Assembly: GCA_015680685.1 (NCBI GenBank)
Contig: MNCI01001065.1
Location: 1,500,482-1,564,481, forward strand
Direction of reading: 5' to 3'
DNA length: 64,000 nt
Origin: Gnetum montanum
Lineage: Eukaryota; Plantae; Gnetophyta
The notes below the pieces were generated by a model. It did not search any database. It was not told where the DNA came from and saw only the letters and a program-made list of their open reading frames with translations. This document shows positions 26,518 through 40,362 of this stretch, in pieces. The position numbers and the translations under genes are program-made. Position 1 is the first letter of the stretch; the number at the start of each line of letters is the position of its first letter.

Positions 26518-28535
26518 TGTAGTGTCTAAAAACGTCGGTGGCTGGAACACCAAGAGGTTATCAGGCACATAGCCTAAGCTCAAATCTACCGAAGGGTTGT
26601 ATTGGATAGGACAAAAAAGGGATACCCTGAACGGTCTAGTCGATCAGTCAGGGACTTACGTGGTGTCCAATAACCATTTGCAAATAATGATTTTAGAGCA
26701 TCACATGTAGAATTTGGAATAAGTAGGAATACAATATGCATAACAGCAAGAGAATATCAACGTGCATGTATATGAAAATAGAAAGAAATAGATACGCTAA
26801 CAGTTTAAAATACTGTAGAAAAATAATGAAATGGGAGCGCAAGTAAAGAAATACATCATCGTAGGATTGGGAGACATGGCCTTTGATTGAATGATGTGTA
26901 CAATTGGCATGTAGAGTAGACAAAAATAGCTAGGCAGCAAGGTAATATGGTCACACTCTTTCGACTGCTGCAAACGTGGTGTTGACAGACATGAAGTGAT
27001 TGATGTTTGCTAGATTGAGAGTTGCTATGTTGTGCATGTGCAGGTGTCATGTTTAGGTGTGGGAGTGGAACAAATATTTGGAAGACTCTAATGTTAAGAT
27101 TTTCCGCTCATCAATTTTTTTATCACCAATATTCTACCAAAGCTAACTACAAAATCCCACCCTTAGACTATCGGTTACTAAGGTATTTATAGAGCCAGGG
27201 TTGGGGGGAATGTGTGGTTTAAATGCCACATGTCCTAAGCCCCACATAGCATGAACATGGGTGTGTCACACTAATGTGCTACGCTGTGGTGCTATGCTTG
27301 GTGGGATGAGAACAAGAATTGAAAATTTTTCAAACTATGACCATATTGCCCAAACTGCATGTGCCAAGACCTGAAAGACTATCCTATTTTTACAAAATGC
27401 CTAGAACAAATGCAAATTGGAGCCTACACTCTGGGACTACATTTTTCCTTCTTTTTCGAGTAGGGTCAAGTATAAAAACAATTTTGGGGACCAACAGGGG
27501 TTGCAAAAACAAAATAGACTACTCACTCTAGCTATTGGAAAGATGCTAGAGTAGGAATGAAGGTCGACGATGAGCTCTTCACAGTTTTTGAAGGTGATCG
27601 GAGAATTTTTCCAACTACTACACTATCTACGCTGCCTAGTGTAATGAAGCGTGGCGTGAACACTTAGAAAATTTTGCAATTTTGGCCTACTATGCTATCT
27701 ACACTACACAGTGTAGTAGAGCATAGCACTCATTTTCCATGAATTCTGTCAAAAAACTAAAGACAACATATTGAGATTCAACAAGGCAAGCCACTTCAGC
27801 AACTAGCAAGTACATCTTTCATGTTGAGTGAGCCTGATATCTCTTGGTTTCATTCTAGGAAAATTTTATAACTAGAACCTCTACTATGTTGTCCTATGTT
27901 ACACAGTGTATCATAGTGCAACACTTCATTTTGGACAAATTTTAACCCAACTTGCCATGCTTTGCCATGGGACCTTGATCATGCTTTGAGATTGAAATAG
28001 GACAAGCAACCTTAGAGGTCAAAGACTTGCCAAATGCACCTTCTATGTTTGGTTCAACACATAGGAAACTTTTATCCTTGCATGGCCTTCTACACTATCT
28101 ACACTATGCAGCAAAGCAAAGCGTAACAAGTCCAAACATAGAAAATTTTTTGAACTGTTTTGTCCATCCTGAACACTTTTGACAACTCCTAGCCTGGCAT
28201 CGAGGTGGACTAGCAACCTGGACATGTGTCAAGCTGGGCAAGCTAGAGAGCATACCAAACTTGATGGCTCAGGAGATAGAAAATTTGCTAAATTGTTTAG
28301 TCCACCGTCAACGTCCCTTTTGTGGAAACGGGTCTTAAAATGGATGTTATGCTAGCCATGCTAAAAAGTGTAGTAGATAAGCTTAGGAAAATCTTTGTAG
28401 ATGTTAGGACTTCTAGGGTGCCATGTTCTCTGCATGGCCCAACGTGACACCATACTTGGAGAAATTTTTCCTAGGCCTCAATGCTTGGACAAATCTGATG
28501 CTAGGTCATGAGGGCTCAAAATTGATGGTGTTTCA
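26518..28535 (-). repeat. 3' LTR of copy C (~2.02 kb)
   Basis: Colinear with 60905-62925 and adjacent to the PPT. Confidence 0.95.
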
Positions 28536-28550
28536 TTGGCCCCTCTTTGT
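28536..28550 (-). promoter_or_regulatory. polypurine tract of copy C
   Basis: Minus strand ACAAAGAGGGGCCAA directly before TGAAACACC. Confidence 0.8.
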
Positions 28551-29799
28551 CAACATCTGGAGGATTTTCACGATAGATGTCAACAAAGAATACGAAACAC
28601 CATGATGAACATGACACCAACACCATTCATCAGTGCTTGCTTAGATAATACTTTGCTATGCTTGAGAGTCCCAGGGAAGTGAAGTATGGTAGGGAACAGG
28701 AGATAGGTTTGAGGAGATGGCATCAGGGGACAATGGATAGAAAAGGAAAAATGTAGGATGTGATGCCATGAGAACCATTTCCATAGTGTAAGCCCTCATT
28801 GGAGTGCTTGTGAGGGAGTCAACATGCATAGCCATTTTTTTCTTGTGGAGTTTGACCTCTTATCAAAGTGTTTGGAGAAGGTCAATCCAAGGCCGAAATG
28901 GTTGCAAAGAGGAAACTATGCTATTTGATTTGGGCACTTGTCTTATCTCATTTATTTTCCTTTTTCTTTTCTTTTTTACCTCCCTTTTTTTTATTTTTTT
29001 AAGGAAAAATTGCACACCCATATTTGCTTGAAGGCAACCATGTCATCACTGAAGGATAGGTGTTTCCTCCCTAGGATGAGTTGTGTTACATCTGTGCAGG
29101 GCTTTTACCAGCTTACATAGGCTTCCCATGGGATGAGTTGTGCTATTTCCTTCATGGTCTTAGTGGTTAAGCATGGGAAAGGATTTCATGTGCATTGGAG
29201 AAGCTTGCAAGGGGGTGCCAAAAATTGCAAGAGCAAGAGATAGAGGTTAGGTTAGTTGAAGGGATATTAGGGTATGAACTCTCAAGTAGATAGGGTAATT
29301 GAAGTGGGTACTTTGGAACAATGTGGTGTGTTGCTATTGTGGTGAAATGCATCCTTGAAAAATGCCATCTCATCTTTTTCCTACAAACACAATAGAGAGA
29401 AAAAAAAAAAAACAACCATCATGTGAAGTGAGGGCGAAGTCCTATCTGCTTGGGACACTGCAAGGGCTACAAGTGTTGTGTCTGGTGTGTGCAATGTCCA
29501 AAGTAGGAAGGCCAGTGCAGGTGTCGATAGTGGCAAGCTGAAAAACTCTAGCAGCCACATCAAAAGTGAAGACCCAAGATGCTAGGAGCAATGGTGATGC
29601 AGGTACTCAGGAATCCTCACCAAAGGTAGGCGTGAACTTCATTTTGGAACTACAACACCCCACCCCATCTTGCCCGAGAGGCATGGGTAGGCAACTGAAG
29701 ATTGATAGTATGCATGCTCTCTTGTTCACAAGATCACATGTGTTGGATCATAAATATTACCTTGTAAACCCATTTTTAGATCTTGGTAGACTATTGGCT

Positions 29800-30115
29800 A
29801 TGTTGGTTTAAGGTCCTAGCAGACTGTGATGTGCTAATTTAAGGTCCTAGTAGACCGTTGTGCTAGTTTAAGGTTCTAGCATATCGCTATGCTAGTTTAA
29901 TGTTATAGCGGATTGGGGGGTGGCTAGTTTAAGGTCATAGCAGACCATGCTATGGATGCTAGTTTCATGTCATGGCCCAAGGACATGCTATTCCAGTTTA
30001 GCATCATGGCAGACACTCTGTGCTAGTTTTACATCATAATGGATGTTCTGTGCTAGTTTTACATCATAGTAGATGATCTATGCCAGTTTTATGTCATAGC
30101 AGATGCTCTGTGCTT
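29800..30115 (-). repeat. ~30-bp TAAACTAG-family tandem array in the 3' UTR of copy C
   Basis: About 10 units such as gctagtttaaggtcatagcagacc and gctagttttacatcatagtagatg. Confidence 0.85.
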
Positions 30116-30147
30116 ACCTTGCTTTATTATCAATGTGATACTACATG

Positions 30148-33100
30148 TTAGGCATAATAGAGTTTCAGGTATAGTCAATTGACAAGATGAGCAAACTCAT
30201 TGCCATGTAAGTCAGCAAGCTTGAATGCCCTATTTTCATATGCTTTTGTGATTAGAAAAGGCCCTTCCTAGTTAGCTAAGAATTTGTTCGTAGGTTCGTG
30301 AATAGCCTTGAGGACTATATCTACTTTTATGCTTGGGCATTGGTGCAGATTGCAATGATGTTTTTGCCACTATTTTTCTTGATACCACTCGATATGGCTA
30401 AGTGTCTGGATGTGCTCCTCCTCCATAAAGTCAAGATCAATGATTCTTGACTCACTATTTTGAGCCTCATCCATAAAGTTTAAGAGGATCATTCAAAGTG
30501 ATGGGATCTACAATTCAAGACGTAACACCACTTCAGATCCATATACTAGACTGTATGGTGTCTTACCTGTGGTAGTTCTACACATTGTGCGATACGCCCA
30601 AAGTGTGTAGACAAGTTGCTCATGCCATCATCGCTTACTACTATTGAGCATTTTCTTCAGATGGTTGATAATGGCTTTATTGATAGCTTCTTCTTGATCA
30701 TTTACTTGAGGATAGTATGGTGACAAGAAAGAGTGTTTAATGTTGAGGTTTTCACAAAAGGCTCTAGTTTTTGCACTACTGAATTGGGGCCCATTATTTG
30801 TAATGATAGTCATAGAAAGGCTGAATCAAGTCACTATATTGTCTAAAATGAATTTGCAAACCTATTGAGATGTGGTCTTCCTAAGGAAAATAGCTTCTAC
30901 CCACTTGGTAAAGTACTCCATTGTAGTAATAATGAAACTATGCCCTATGGAAGACTTGGGCATTATGGGCCCTATGATATCTAGTCCCCAACGTTGAAAA
31001 GGCCATGTGATTTGCGTGGTATGCAGCTCAGTAGGTGATATATGTATTATATTCCCATGGCATTGACATATGTCACATGTTCTAACTTTAGAGAGGCAGT
31101 TGTGCTCCATATAGGGCTAGTAGTAGCCTAGACACCTAATTTTTGCTACCATAGCTCTAGGAGGTATGTGGCCTCCACACGGTCCCTTGTGGACTTGATC
31201 AACAATTCTTTGGGCTTCTTTGCCAATTACACAAATTAGTAGTATCCCTTCATAAGATCTATGGAATAAAGCACTATCACCTATAAGGACATACTTCCAT
31301 GCTCATTTTTGTACCATGTCTTTATGGATAGATGTTAAGCCTTGTGGAGGCTCACCATGTTGGAGGTATGTTTTGATCTCGTCATACCATTCTTGAGTGT
31401 GGGCCACACTTACAGATGTGATATTTGAAGTGTGAATGATAAGGTTAGTACATTCCACTATTGAAGCGGGTAAGGTAGCAAACATGTGTGGTGGCACACT
31501 TAAAGCTAATCTGGCTAATGCATTAGCTATAATGTTCTCATTACAGGGGATGTATTGAATGTCTAAGATCGGAAATTTTTTTAGTAAGTACTTCACCAGA
31601 TCATAGTAAAGTTATAAGTGTTCTGATTTACAGGCGTAGACCTCTATGACTTGGTTAATGACTAGTTGTGAATTACCTCAAATTGCTAAATTCTGGACCC
31701 CTAACTCTTGAACTGCTAAAATGCCCCTAAGGAGACCCTCATATTCTACTATATTATTCATGCAAAGAAACATGAAGTGGTATGCGAAAGGTCATATCTC
31801 CCCGAAGGGAAAGGTGAGGATAGCAGCAACACTATGACCTTGTGTGGTTGAGGCATCGTCAAAGTGTAAAATAGCTTCAAAGTCTACAACTATTGCACTT
31901 ATATTGTTAACATGCTTGTCTAGAAATTTGGATTCTATTGTTGCTTGGTCATCAGTGGGTGAAGCCGTAAGTTGCATGGCTATCTCTTAACCCTCTGTAG
32001 ATGACTACGCTACGTAGTGTAGGTCAAATTCTACAGTTATTGCTTTCCATCTAGCTATCCTACTACTTTCATATATATTGGTTGTAGTGGCCCTGAGTAT
32101 GTTATTTTTGCAAATGATATTGACCTGGCTATGAAACAAATAGTGTCTCCATTTTTTAAATGCAAATACTAAGGCAAGGAAATTTTTTTTTCACGTCATT
32201 GTATTTGGCTTCATAAGCTATCAATGCATGGCTCAGGTAGTAAACAAGAATCTCAAAGCCATCATTACTTTTTGGATAGAGCAAAGTAGCAATGGATGTA
32301 TCTAAAGTTGCAAGATAAATGTAAAAGGGCTTATCCCTTTGCGGAGGGTAAAGAGCAGGAAGATGAATAAACCCATTTTTCAACTCATCAAATGCTTCTT
32401 GGCATTGGTTCATCCATTCAAAGTTAGCTCCTTTTTTAAGTAAGTGTTGCATCGGCTGTAATTCATCTGTCAACCTTGCGATAAATCTTCGTATAAACTA
32501 TATCCTGCCTTGCAATCTATGCAACTCTTTAAGGTTTGTAGGTGGTGCTAAGTTGATAATGGCTTTGACTTTGTCCAGATCTAAACATATTCCTATTTCT
32601 AACACTACAAAGCCTAACATGTGTCCAGTTTTGACACTAAAGAAATATTTTTTGGGAATGAGACAAAGGTCATGCCTATGGCAACGTTGAAGAATTAGGT
32701 TTAATTCATTTGCATGACCATGAGCTTTCTTCGATTTAACTTCTATATCGTCCACATAGTCATTTTAGCTATTCCAAAATATAGTCACTAAAAATGTAAG
32801 TCCTTGCCCACTAGTATGTTGCTCTAGAATTTTTTAGTCTAAAGGGCATCATTGTATAATAAAAGGTTCCCCAAGGGATCATGAAGGTAGTAGCAAGTTG
32901 ATGTTTTTGGTTTATACATATTTGATTGTATCCCAAGAATCCATCCATGAAGGATAATAGGGCATGACCAGCTGTAGCATCAACTAGTTGGTTGATACTA
33001 GGCAATGGAAAATCATCCTTGATGATTGCTTTGTTCAAATCTTGGAAGTTTATACAGATACATATGGCTCCAGTTTTCTTGGGGATGACCATGATGTTTA

Positions 33101-33623
33101 ATACCCAATTTGTGTAATCAATTGCCCAAATGAACTCAACTTGGTAAAGCTTGGTGACTTCATCGCACACAGGTAATGCAATCTCTAGTTTAATTTTGCA
33201 AGATTTTTCTTTGACTACTTTGACATGTGAGTCTAAGATAATGTTGTGTTATATTATGCATGGTTCTAAGCTTGTAATATCTTCATAAGACCATGCAAAT
33301 ACTTTAACATTATTGTTGAGGACTTCGGCGATATTCTGTTGGACTTGTGGCTCCAGTAAAGAGCTAAGTTTCAATGTTCTCGCCTCACCTCTGCATGTGG
33401 TCATGGGAATTTCTATAAGTAGATCCTTAGTTACATCTCTAGCCTCTAGGTCTAAGGCTTGGACTAGATGTTTTGGCCAATCTAGTGATGTTTCTAAGGA
33501 TGCTACGTTGGTGTTACAAGGAGGTGACTCAAATTTTACAAACTCTATGTTCAAGCATCTCATGAATCTGCCATGGGGTCCAGTCAATATTAAAGGTGAA
33601 TGAAAATCATCATGTGTGGCCAT
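30148..33623 (-). pseudogene. pol: pol of copy C (RT-RH-aRH-INT)
   Basis: ORF pieces with SFMDGFLGYNQI, (Y)VDDI, LHFDDAS (aRH), CDIC, WGLDIIGP, TNNGPQF; stop at 30148. Confidence 0.93.
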
Positions 33624-33737
33624 TCCTAAGCGATCTTGCAAAATAGCCAACAAACAAAAGATGTCAAGTGGTACTTGCATAACATAGCAACATGAAGCGA
33701 AATGCATGCAAAGTAATTATGCAATATCTCAAAATTT

Positions 33738-33890
33738 CTAGTTTAAGGTCTTAGCGAATCATAACTACACATAGGATGTCAAACTATATTTCAAAATCAA
33801 AATTTTAAGGTCTTAGCGGATCATCATTGTGCCTATAGTGTAAGGGGAATTTCAAAATTTCCAGTTTAAGGTCATAATAGACCGTTACAG
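33738..33890 (-). repeat. three TAAACT-family units upstream of pol C
   Basis: ctagtttaaggtcttagcgaatc, ttttaaggtcttagcggatc, ccagtttaaggtcataatagacc. Confidence 0.75.
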
Positions 33891-34189
33891 TGCCTATAGT
33901 GTAAAGCCTTAAGCCAACATTAAAGGCTTAAAGTAAGGGGTTGAATCAAATGTTTACAAAGAAAAAATTTCTCTTTTTTTTATTTTTGCAAATCTACATG
34001 CTACACTGCAGGGAACATGGGATGTCCCGCATTACACAAAGGACACGTTATGGACATCTCGTCAAGTACACTGTAGAAGAAATGCCAGTGCAAATACCAC
34101 CATTCCCCACACTGTTCACACTAGGTGAGCTATATTATGTGCCCCTTTTCATGTAATCGAGATCAATTTAATTAAATAAATTTTTTTGT

Positions 34190-35669
34190 AGCTAATTTTA
34201 TTCTCGGTTACTGTAGTGGCAACCAAATCTAAGAAGGTTAAAGTAATTACTTCAAGATGTAATGAGGCTAACCTCCTCTTTAAGTATTGTGATGTTGATG
34301 AATCATAGCATTGGTATGTAGTGGGGCTCCAACAATGATTTTCAAGAAGGTTCAGGAGGTTGGGCTTATGGATCTATTTTTGACTATAAACCCAAGGATC
34401 CCAACTACGAAAATGATTGCCCTTGTTAATTCTTTAACAAAAAGTGCCAATCACTTTCACACACGAGTTCATAGGGTGTAAGTGTTTTTTGAGATTACCA
34501 ATAGTCTTTTTTCAGATCTTTTCAGTGTCCCTTTTGATGGTTTACCCTTGGGGGGAAAAACTAGTAAGGATGTAAACCATCAAGGAGGCATAGAAGAATG
34601 GTTAGGGACCGACAAGGATCACAAAGGTATTTATATGAAAAAGGTTAGATTGGAGGTAGCCCAAAAAATTTACCCTATCTTTTGGGCTCATGCCTTTCCC
34701 AAGTTGCTCTTCCAAGGGAAAATTCTTGGGGTACACTCTTAAGGTAGCTTAAAGAAGAGGGGCTGCATTTTGAGGACAGTGAGTTTGCTAATTTTTTTGA
34801 TAGTGTGCCGATGGGCGACACTGCCTGCAGCCCACCCTCCCCCTGACTCTCACCCTTAAGGGTTTGCTGGGTAGGACATTTTTACTATCATTTATGTTAT
34901 CATCTCATTTTTCCTCTCCTCTTCCCAATGTTAACATGCTTTACTACGCAGTGGGTACTACTTCTTCTAAGGGCCCTAAGTCTTCATCTACTTTTTGCCT
35001 AGAGCCATGGTTAGAAACTCCAAATAATTTTGCCTTTCTGGAAGGTGTAGTAGATGACATGATTCACCACCTAAAGCAAATTGACCCTAAGATAGTTGTG
35101 CTTGGAATATGGCATTTTCTTTTTATGTTGTTCCATCTTTGCTACCATCCCATAACTAACACTTCCCTATTTTTGGTGTAACAACTTCATGACTTAAATG
35201 GGATCCAAAACAGGTAGTTGAAGTCGAAGTTGTATCTGAACTTCCTCCAGAGGTAACAGAGGTGCCTCATCATGTATATGATGATGCAAGCAAATATGTG
35301 CTACACTCAGCACAATCATTGTGAGAGTGTAGACATGTCAATGCAGACCTTTGGAAACGAGTTCAAAAACTCGAGAAGGAAAAAGAGAATCACATAGCCA
35401 AGCTAGAAGACTTGTGGTCACAGAACAAATTCTTGATGGCTTGTGAGAATTCCAATGGTAGTTGGCATACGGTCGTAATTGATTATGCCAAATATTGGTC
35501 AACCATACCGGCCAAAAATGAGGCAATGCGTGAAGTAATTGAACAACATTTGCAAATGGATCTCTTAGTACAAAAGAATCAAGATTAAAAAGATTATAGT
35601 GCCAAGGTATATGAATGTAGGTAGGAATAAAAGAATCACAAACACATGTATAAAATGGAACATGCTGCT
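34190..35669 (+). pseudogene. antisense extra gene of copy C, 5' part (internally deleted; no NIF-like exon seen)
   Basis: FFEITNSLFSDLFSVPFDGLP...EEWLG...YPIFWAHAFPK (34482-34742), PWLETPNNFAFLEGVV (~35010), LKWDP, NHKHMYK; interrupted by D. Confidence 0.75.
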
Positions 35670-37235
35670 TGAAACACCATAGAAATTGTGAATCGGCCTC
35701 AGGCGAAGATTCACGATTCAGGCGAAGGTTCGAGACAAAAATTCAGAAAATAGAACAAGGCAGAGAGGCGCACAGCATCGAGTCTCCAAGTTTCCTGCAA
35801 ACTTGGACCTTACTATGCTTTCTTTCTTTACGCTACATTATGCAACATAGCGTAGTGTCGCTCAACGTAACTTTGTTTAACATAGCCCGATAGTAGAAAG
35901 TAACTTACTTCGGCAATTTTGACGAAGTTTAAAGTTTAAGACTTGTCACATATTCTGCTAAGTCTTTTCTTCAAGACTGAGTTTACACTCCGTTACGCAT
36001 AGCAGCGTAACAAGCTTCAAGAAAAGCAAGGTCAGAGTCAAAAAAAGTGCAGCAGATTGAGTTCTTCCTTTTTTCAGATTGATCGATTTACGCTCATTAC
36101 GCTACACAGCAGAGGCAAGCGTAAACTTATTGTGAAGTTGACCATCTTATGCTCTATTACGCTTTGCGGCGTAAATGAGCGTAAAACAACTTGAATCAAC
36201 TATTTTCATTTTTTATTATGCTCTGCCGTGCGACGTAGCGCGAACAAGCGTAATCCAACTCACCAGACACGCACCTATTATCCATACGCACAATATGTTG
36301 ATGAGCATATTGTGCGTAATCATGGAGCAGCTTTAGCAGAAGTGGTCGATAGTGTACTTAGCCTCCCTTCCCAAAAACATGATGCGACATAACCAATTTC
36401 AACATAAAGTTTACCAAGTCAATGGTATTTTGAAGGTTCGAGACATGTGTCATCAAGGTCGTGCCTTCTCCACATGTTGTCGAACTTATAAATACTCCAG
36501 TTGATGAAGAAACAAAAAGAAAGAGGGCATCTTCAACTTTTGGCAGCATCATCTTCTAGCGGAGATAGAGGACATTTTTCTTGAGCATTGCAGCAGGAAC
36601 AATCAGTCCTTTGGCGAAAATACAGCTCTCTCCATTGGCGATCATTAGTAGTTTTGAGCAGAGACTACCCAAGGCAAAAGGAGCAGATCAAAGATCAAGA
36701 GATCATCTGGTGTGGTTTGCAAGGTTTATTGATCAGAAATAGTTGATCGATAGACGTCAGAGCTTGACATTCCTTGCATCCCATCTCTGGCTCACGAGGT
36801 AGATCGAACTCCATTCTGTACTCCTTGTTGAATAGTTTTCTTGTTATTTTGTGTATGCTTCGCACAAGATAAGTGGAGCCTTTCCATTGGAACTTTGTAT
36901 ACAACATACTCAGTTTTCAGGTCAAAGCGTAGATCTTGGGATTGCGCATTTTTCTTAAATCCGATTCTCCTTGTCGTGATAACATTGTCATTATTGCAAT
37001 TTATCTCCATCATTTTCTTCTCCTTTTTCAATCCATCGAATCAGATTGTTCCACAGAATATCTATAACATTCATCGATTTACTGATTGAGTAAATCCCTA
37101 TCTAATCAACAAGATCGTTCAGGGCACTGCGGATTCGTTTTCTCCAGCACGGTCCTCGCACAGATCTGTGGTTAAGACTGTGTACATGGATCTTCGTTTG
37201 GTATTTTCTAGCTACCGAAATTTTCTGTTGTTATA
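35670..37235 (+). repeat. 5' LTR of copy D (~1.57 kb)
   Basis: TGAAACACCA...GTTATA (CA mutated to TA); colinear with 53990-55556. Confidence 0.95.
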
Positions 37236-37241
37236 GTTTTC

Positions 37242-37268
37242 TGGCACTAGAAGGAGGGCCTAGGCTCC
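37242..37268 (+). promoter_or_regulatory. primer-binding site, tRNA-Asn
   Basis: TGGCACTAGAAGGAGGGCC(TAGGCTCCG) 6 nt after the LTR. Confidence 0.85.
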
Positions 37269-37486
37269 GATTCGTATTTTTACGGGTAGCCCTGTAAGCA
37301 ATCTATACCCGCATCTCTAAAAATGTAAACATAATACCTCTAGGGAAGTTTACAAAAATCTTGTGGTGTAGATCGGTCACTGTAACGATTCCTTTGGAAT
37401 CCTACAGGGTAAAAAGCCTAATCGTGATCTTCTTTGTCCATCGCCTTTTAGATCTAGTCGCTTACCATCAATAATCTACCCGACCC

Positions 37487-39167
37487 ATGGATTTTGCATA
37501 CGCAACCACAGCTGCCATGATGACAACCGATTCGGGTGCCACATCTGTGAATCCCATTGCTGCCACCGAGCCAGCTTCTAGCATTATAGGACCTCAGGGA
37601 CCATCGTGCCATTCGTTGAGATTACAGGGCAAAGACCCTGTATTCACTGTCGTGACTCCTAAAGAATATAATTTCATCTGCGTCAACATCCACGCAAAGC
37701 TTGCTCTTAGCCGAGCTGAGATCGAAGCGAAACGAAAATTTGAGCTGGTCCATAGAGGGGGTTAAGATTTTACCTCCACCGCTTACGACATTATCCCCCT
37801 AACTAAGCATTATCATGAAATCCTGACCCAACTAGTTATGGCTAAGAGTCAGGCTACGCGATCCATGCTAGAATCACAAAATGAGGAAGAGGAGGAAGAT
37901 GAATTCACAGCCCAGTCTGAACATTCATATCATACTGTTAGTCCCCATACATACATAAACCCCCTGTTTCCTTTCACCAGGGAGGCCGTCCCCCTCTACT
38001 CAGTCACAACTACCCAAACCCACATTCATGTTGTCCCACTAGCCACTACGCAATCATCAGTCTTGCAAGTGCAAATGCCATCTCAGAATAACATAGGGGC
38101 AGCCTCATCACCATGCATAATTAACATTTTGTTGGTGGTACCTGCATCCACCACACCCTATTACATCCCCCAACTGCAACCTCATGCCATGCCTACAACT
38201 CGCCTGGTACAAAATCTGGTGCAAACATTTCCAGTGCAACTCTTTGCAAGGCAACAAATCACCACAACTACTCAATCATAGTAATCCATTTAACAACCCA
38301 CAGATAGTCAGTGGATCCTGCCCATCTCACATAATCAATCCACGTTATACAGTGCACAACCCTTAGCCGCACCCACCACGCATGTCCCACAATACCCTTA
38401 CAATCTTCCTACACACCCGGAGACAGCCAATCCCTCTGCTCAGCCTGGTGGATGGTGGTTTCCATAGGTAGCTTCATCTACGAGGATAGTCCCTGCTGCA
38501 CCACCTATCAGCCAAGCCATCGCTACATTCCCATTTCCTGGCACAGCTCTTCCTGTCCAATCCCCGGCTCCTCCTGCGCAGACTTCTTCATCACCAAGTC
38601 TAGACCAAGCCTTCTTACTTATTCAAACCCTTACTGAGGAAGTCAAACGCCTTAAAGCTGCTAGTTCTGATACCATATAGATCATGGATTTCTATCAGGA
38701 TGATCCCATCAGTCCAACAGTTCCTATGCTGTCATTGCCCCCAGGGATGTCTCTACCTCATTTCACCAAATATAATGGGGAAGGTGATCCCAACGCCCAC
38801 CTGGTCACCTTTAGGTCTGAATCCTTGTTGTTACAACAGTGGCCACATACTATTATACGTTTCTTTGCAATGTCTCTGGCAAGCAAGGCTTTTGACTGGT
38901 ATCGAGCCCTCCCTCGTTCTTCTATCTCAACCTTGGAAGAACTTCTGACACAATTTGTGACTCGTTTTAAGTACAATTTAAAACCGGAGGTCACATTAGA
39001 TCAACTCATGGGGGTGAAACAAGACCCACTCGAGCTGGTCCAAAAGTTTATACAACGATGGAGCACCACTCTGAATGAAATCCGTGAGCCTATCACGGAA
39101 GCCCACTTACTGGCTATCTTCAAAGGAGCAGTTAACGACTTCAACAAGTCTAAGTTGTATTACCTTG
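37487..39167 (+). pseudogene. gag: gag of copy D, part 1
   Basis: SLRLQG...YNFIC N-terminus shared with A and C; KYNGEGDPNAHL...FDWYRALP (38684-39167). Confidence 0.9.
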
Positions 39168-39589
39168 TGTTGGCGACCATTTGGGATGCGACCGCCAACG
39201 AGTGTCCTCAAACAGGATTTAGATGCCTGTTGGTCTCTGGTAACACCAAGGCCCAGATACCTCCAAATAAACTCAGTAGTTAATGTGAGTATGTGTGTGT
39301 GCTGTTGTGGTGTGCGGTTGTGAGAAATGTAACGATTTCATTGCGTGTAAACTACAAATGACTTACTTTAAAGAGATTTAGCCAACTTTGCCCAGTACTG
39401 TGAGTTGTTGAAAATTTCCTATTTTGTTCAACTGCCTAGTCTATGCGGTCATTATAATACCTACTTGTAACAAATAAAATTTTGCAAAAACATTTGAGCA
39501 CAACTCCGCAATCTACTCCTAATTTTCCCCAGAGAAAGAGATAGTTCCACAAGAAAACTAGAAATAGAGCAAGATTCGATGGAAATAAG

Positions 39590-40362
39590 NNNNNNNNNNN
39601 NNNNNNNNNNNNNNNNNNNNNNNNNNNNNNNNNNNNNNNNNNNNNNNNNNNNNNNNNNNNNNNNNNNNNNNNNNNNNNNNNNNNNNNNNNNNNNNNNNNN
39701 NNNNNNNNNNNNNNNNNNNNNNNNNNNNNNNNNNNNNNNNNNNNNNNNNNNNNNNNNNNNNNNNNNNNNNNNNNNNNNNNNNNNNNNNNNNNNNNNNNNN
39801 NNNNNNNNNNNNNNNNNNNNNNNNNNNNNNNNNNNNNNNNNNNNNNNNNNNNNNNNNNNNNNNNNNNNNNNNNNNNNNNNNNNNNNNNNNNNNNNNNNNN
39901 NNNNNNNNNNNNNNNNNNNNNNNNNNNNNNNNNNNNNNNNNNNNNNNNNNNNNNNNNNNNNNNNNNNNNNNNNNNNNNNNNNNNNNNNNNNNNNNNNNNN
40001 NNNNNNNNNNNNNNNNNNNNNNNNNNNNNNNNNNNNNNNNNNNNNNNNNNNNNNNNNNNNNNNNNNNNNNNNNNNNNNNNNNNNNNNNNNNNNNNNNNNN
40101 NNNNNNNNNNNNNNNNNNNNNNNNNNNNNNNNNNNNNNNNNNNNNNNNNNNNNNNNNNNNNNNNNNNNNNNNNNNNNNNNNNNNNNNNNNNNNNNNNNNN
40201 NNNNNNNNNNNNNNNNNNNNNNNNNNNNNNNNNNNNNNNNNNNNNNNNNNNNNNNNNNNNNNNNNNNNNNNNNNNNNNNNNNNNNNNNNNNNNNNNNNNN
40301 NNNNNNNNNNNNNNNNNNNNNNNNNNNNNNNNNNNNNNNNNNNNNNNNNNNNNNNNNNNNNN
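39590..40362. other. assembly gap (773 N)
   Basis: Run of n. Confidence 1.

Noticed and set aside
26693-27531. Short ORFs repeated at 61080-61956
   Set aside because: Duplicated as part of C's LTRs; no coding signature.
36358-37089. Short ORFs repeated at 54678-55410 as captured genes
   Set aside because: They recur only because they lie in D's two LTRs; no recognisable domain.
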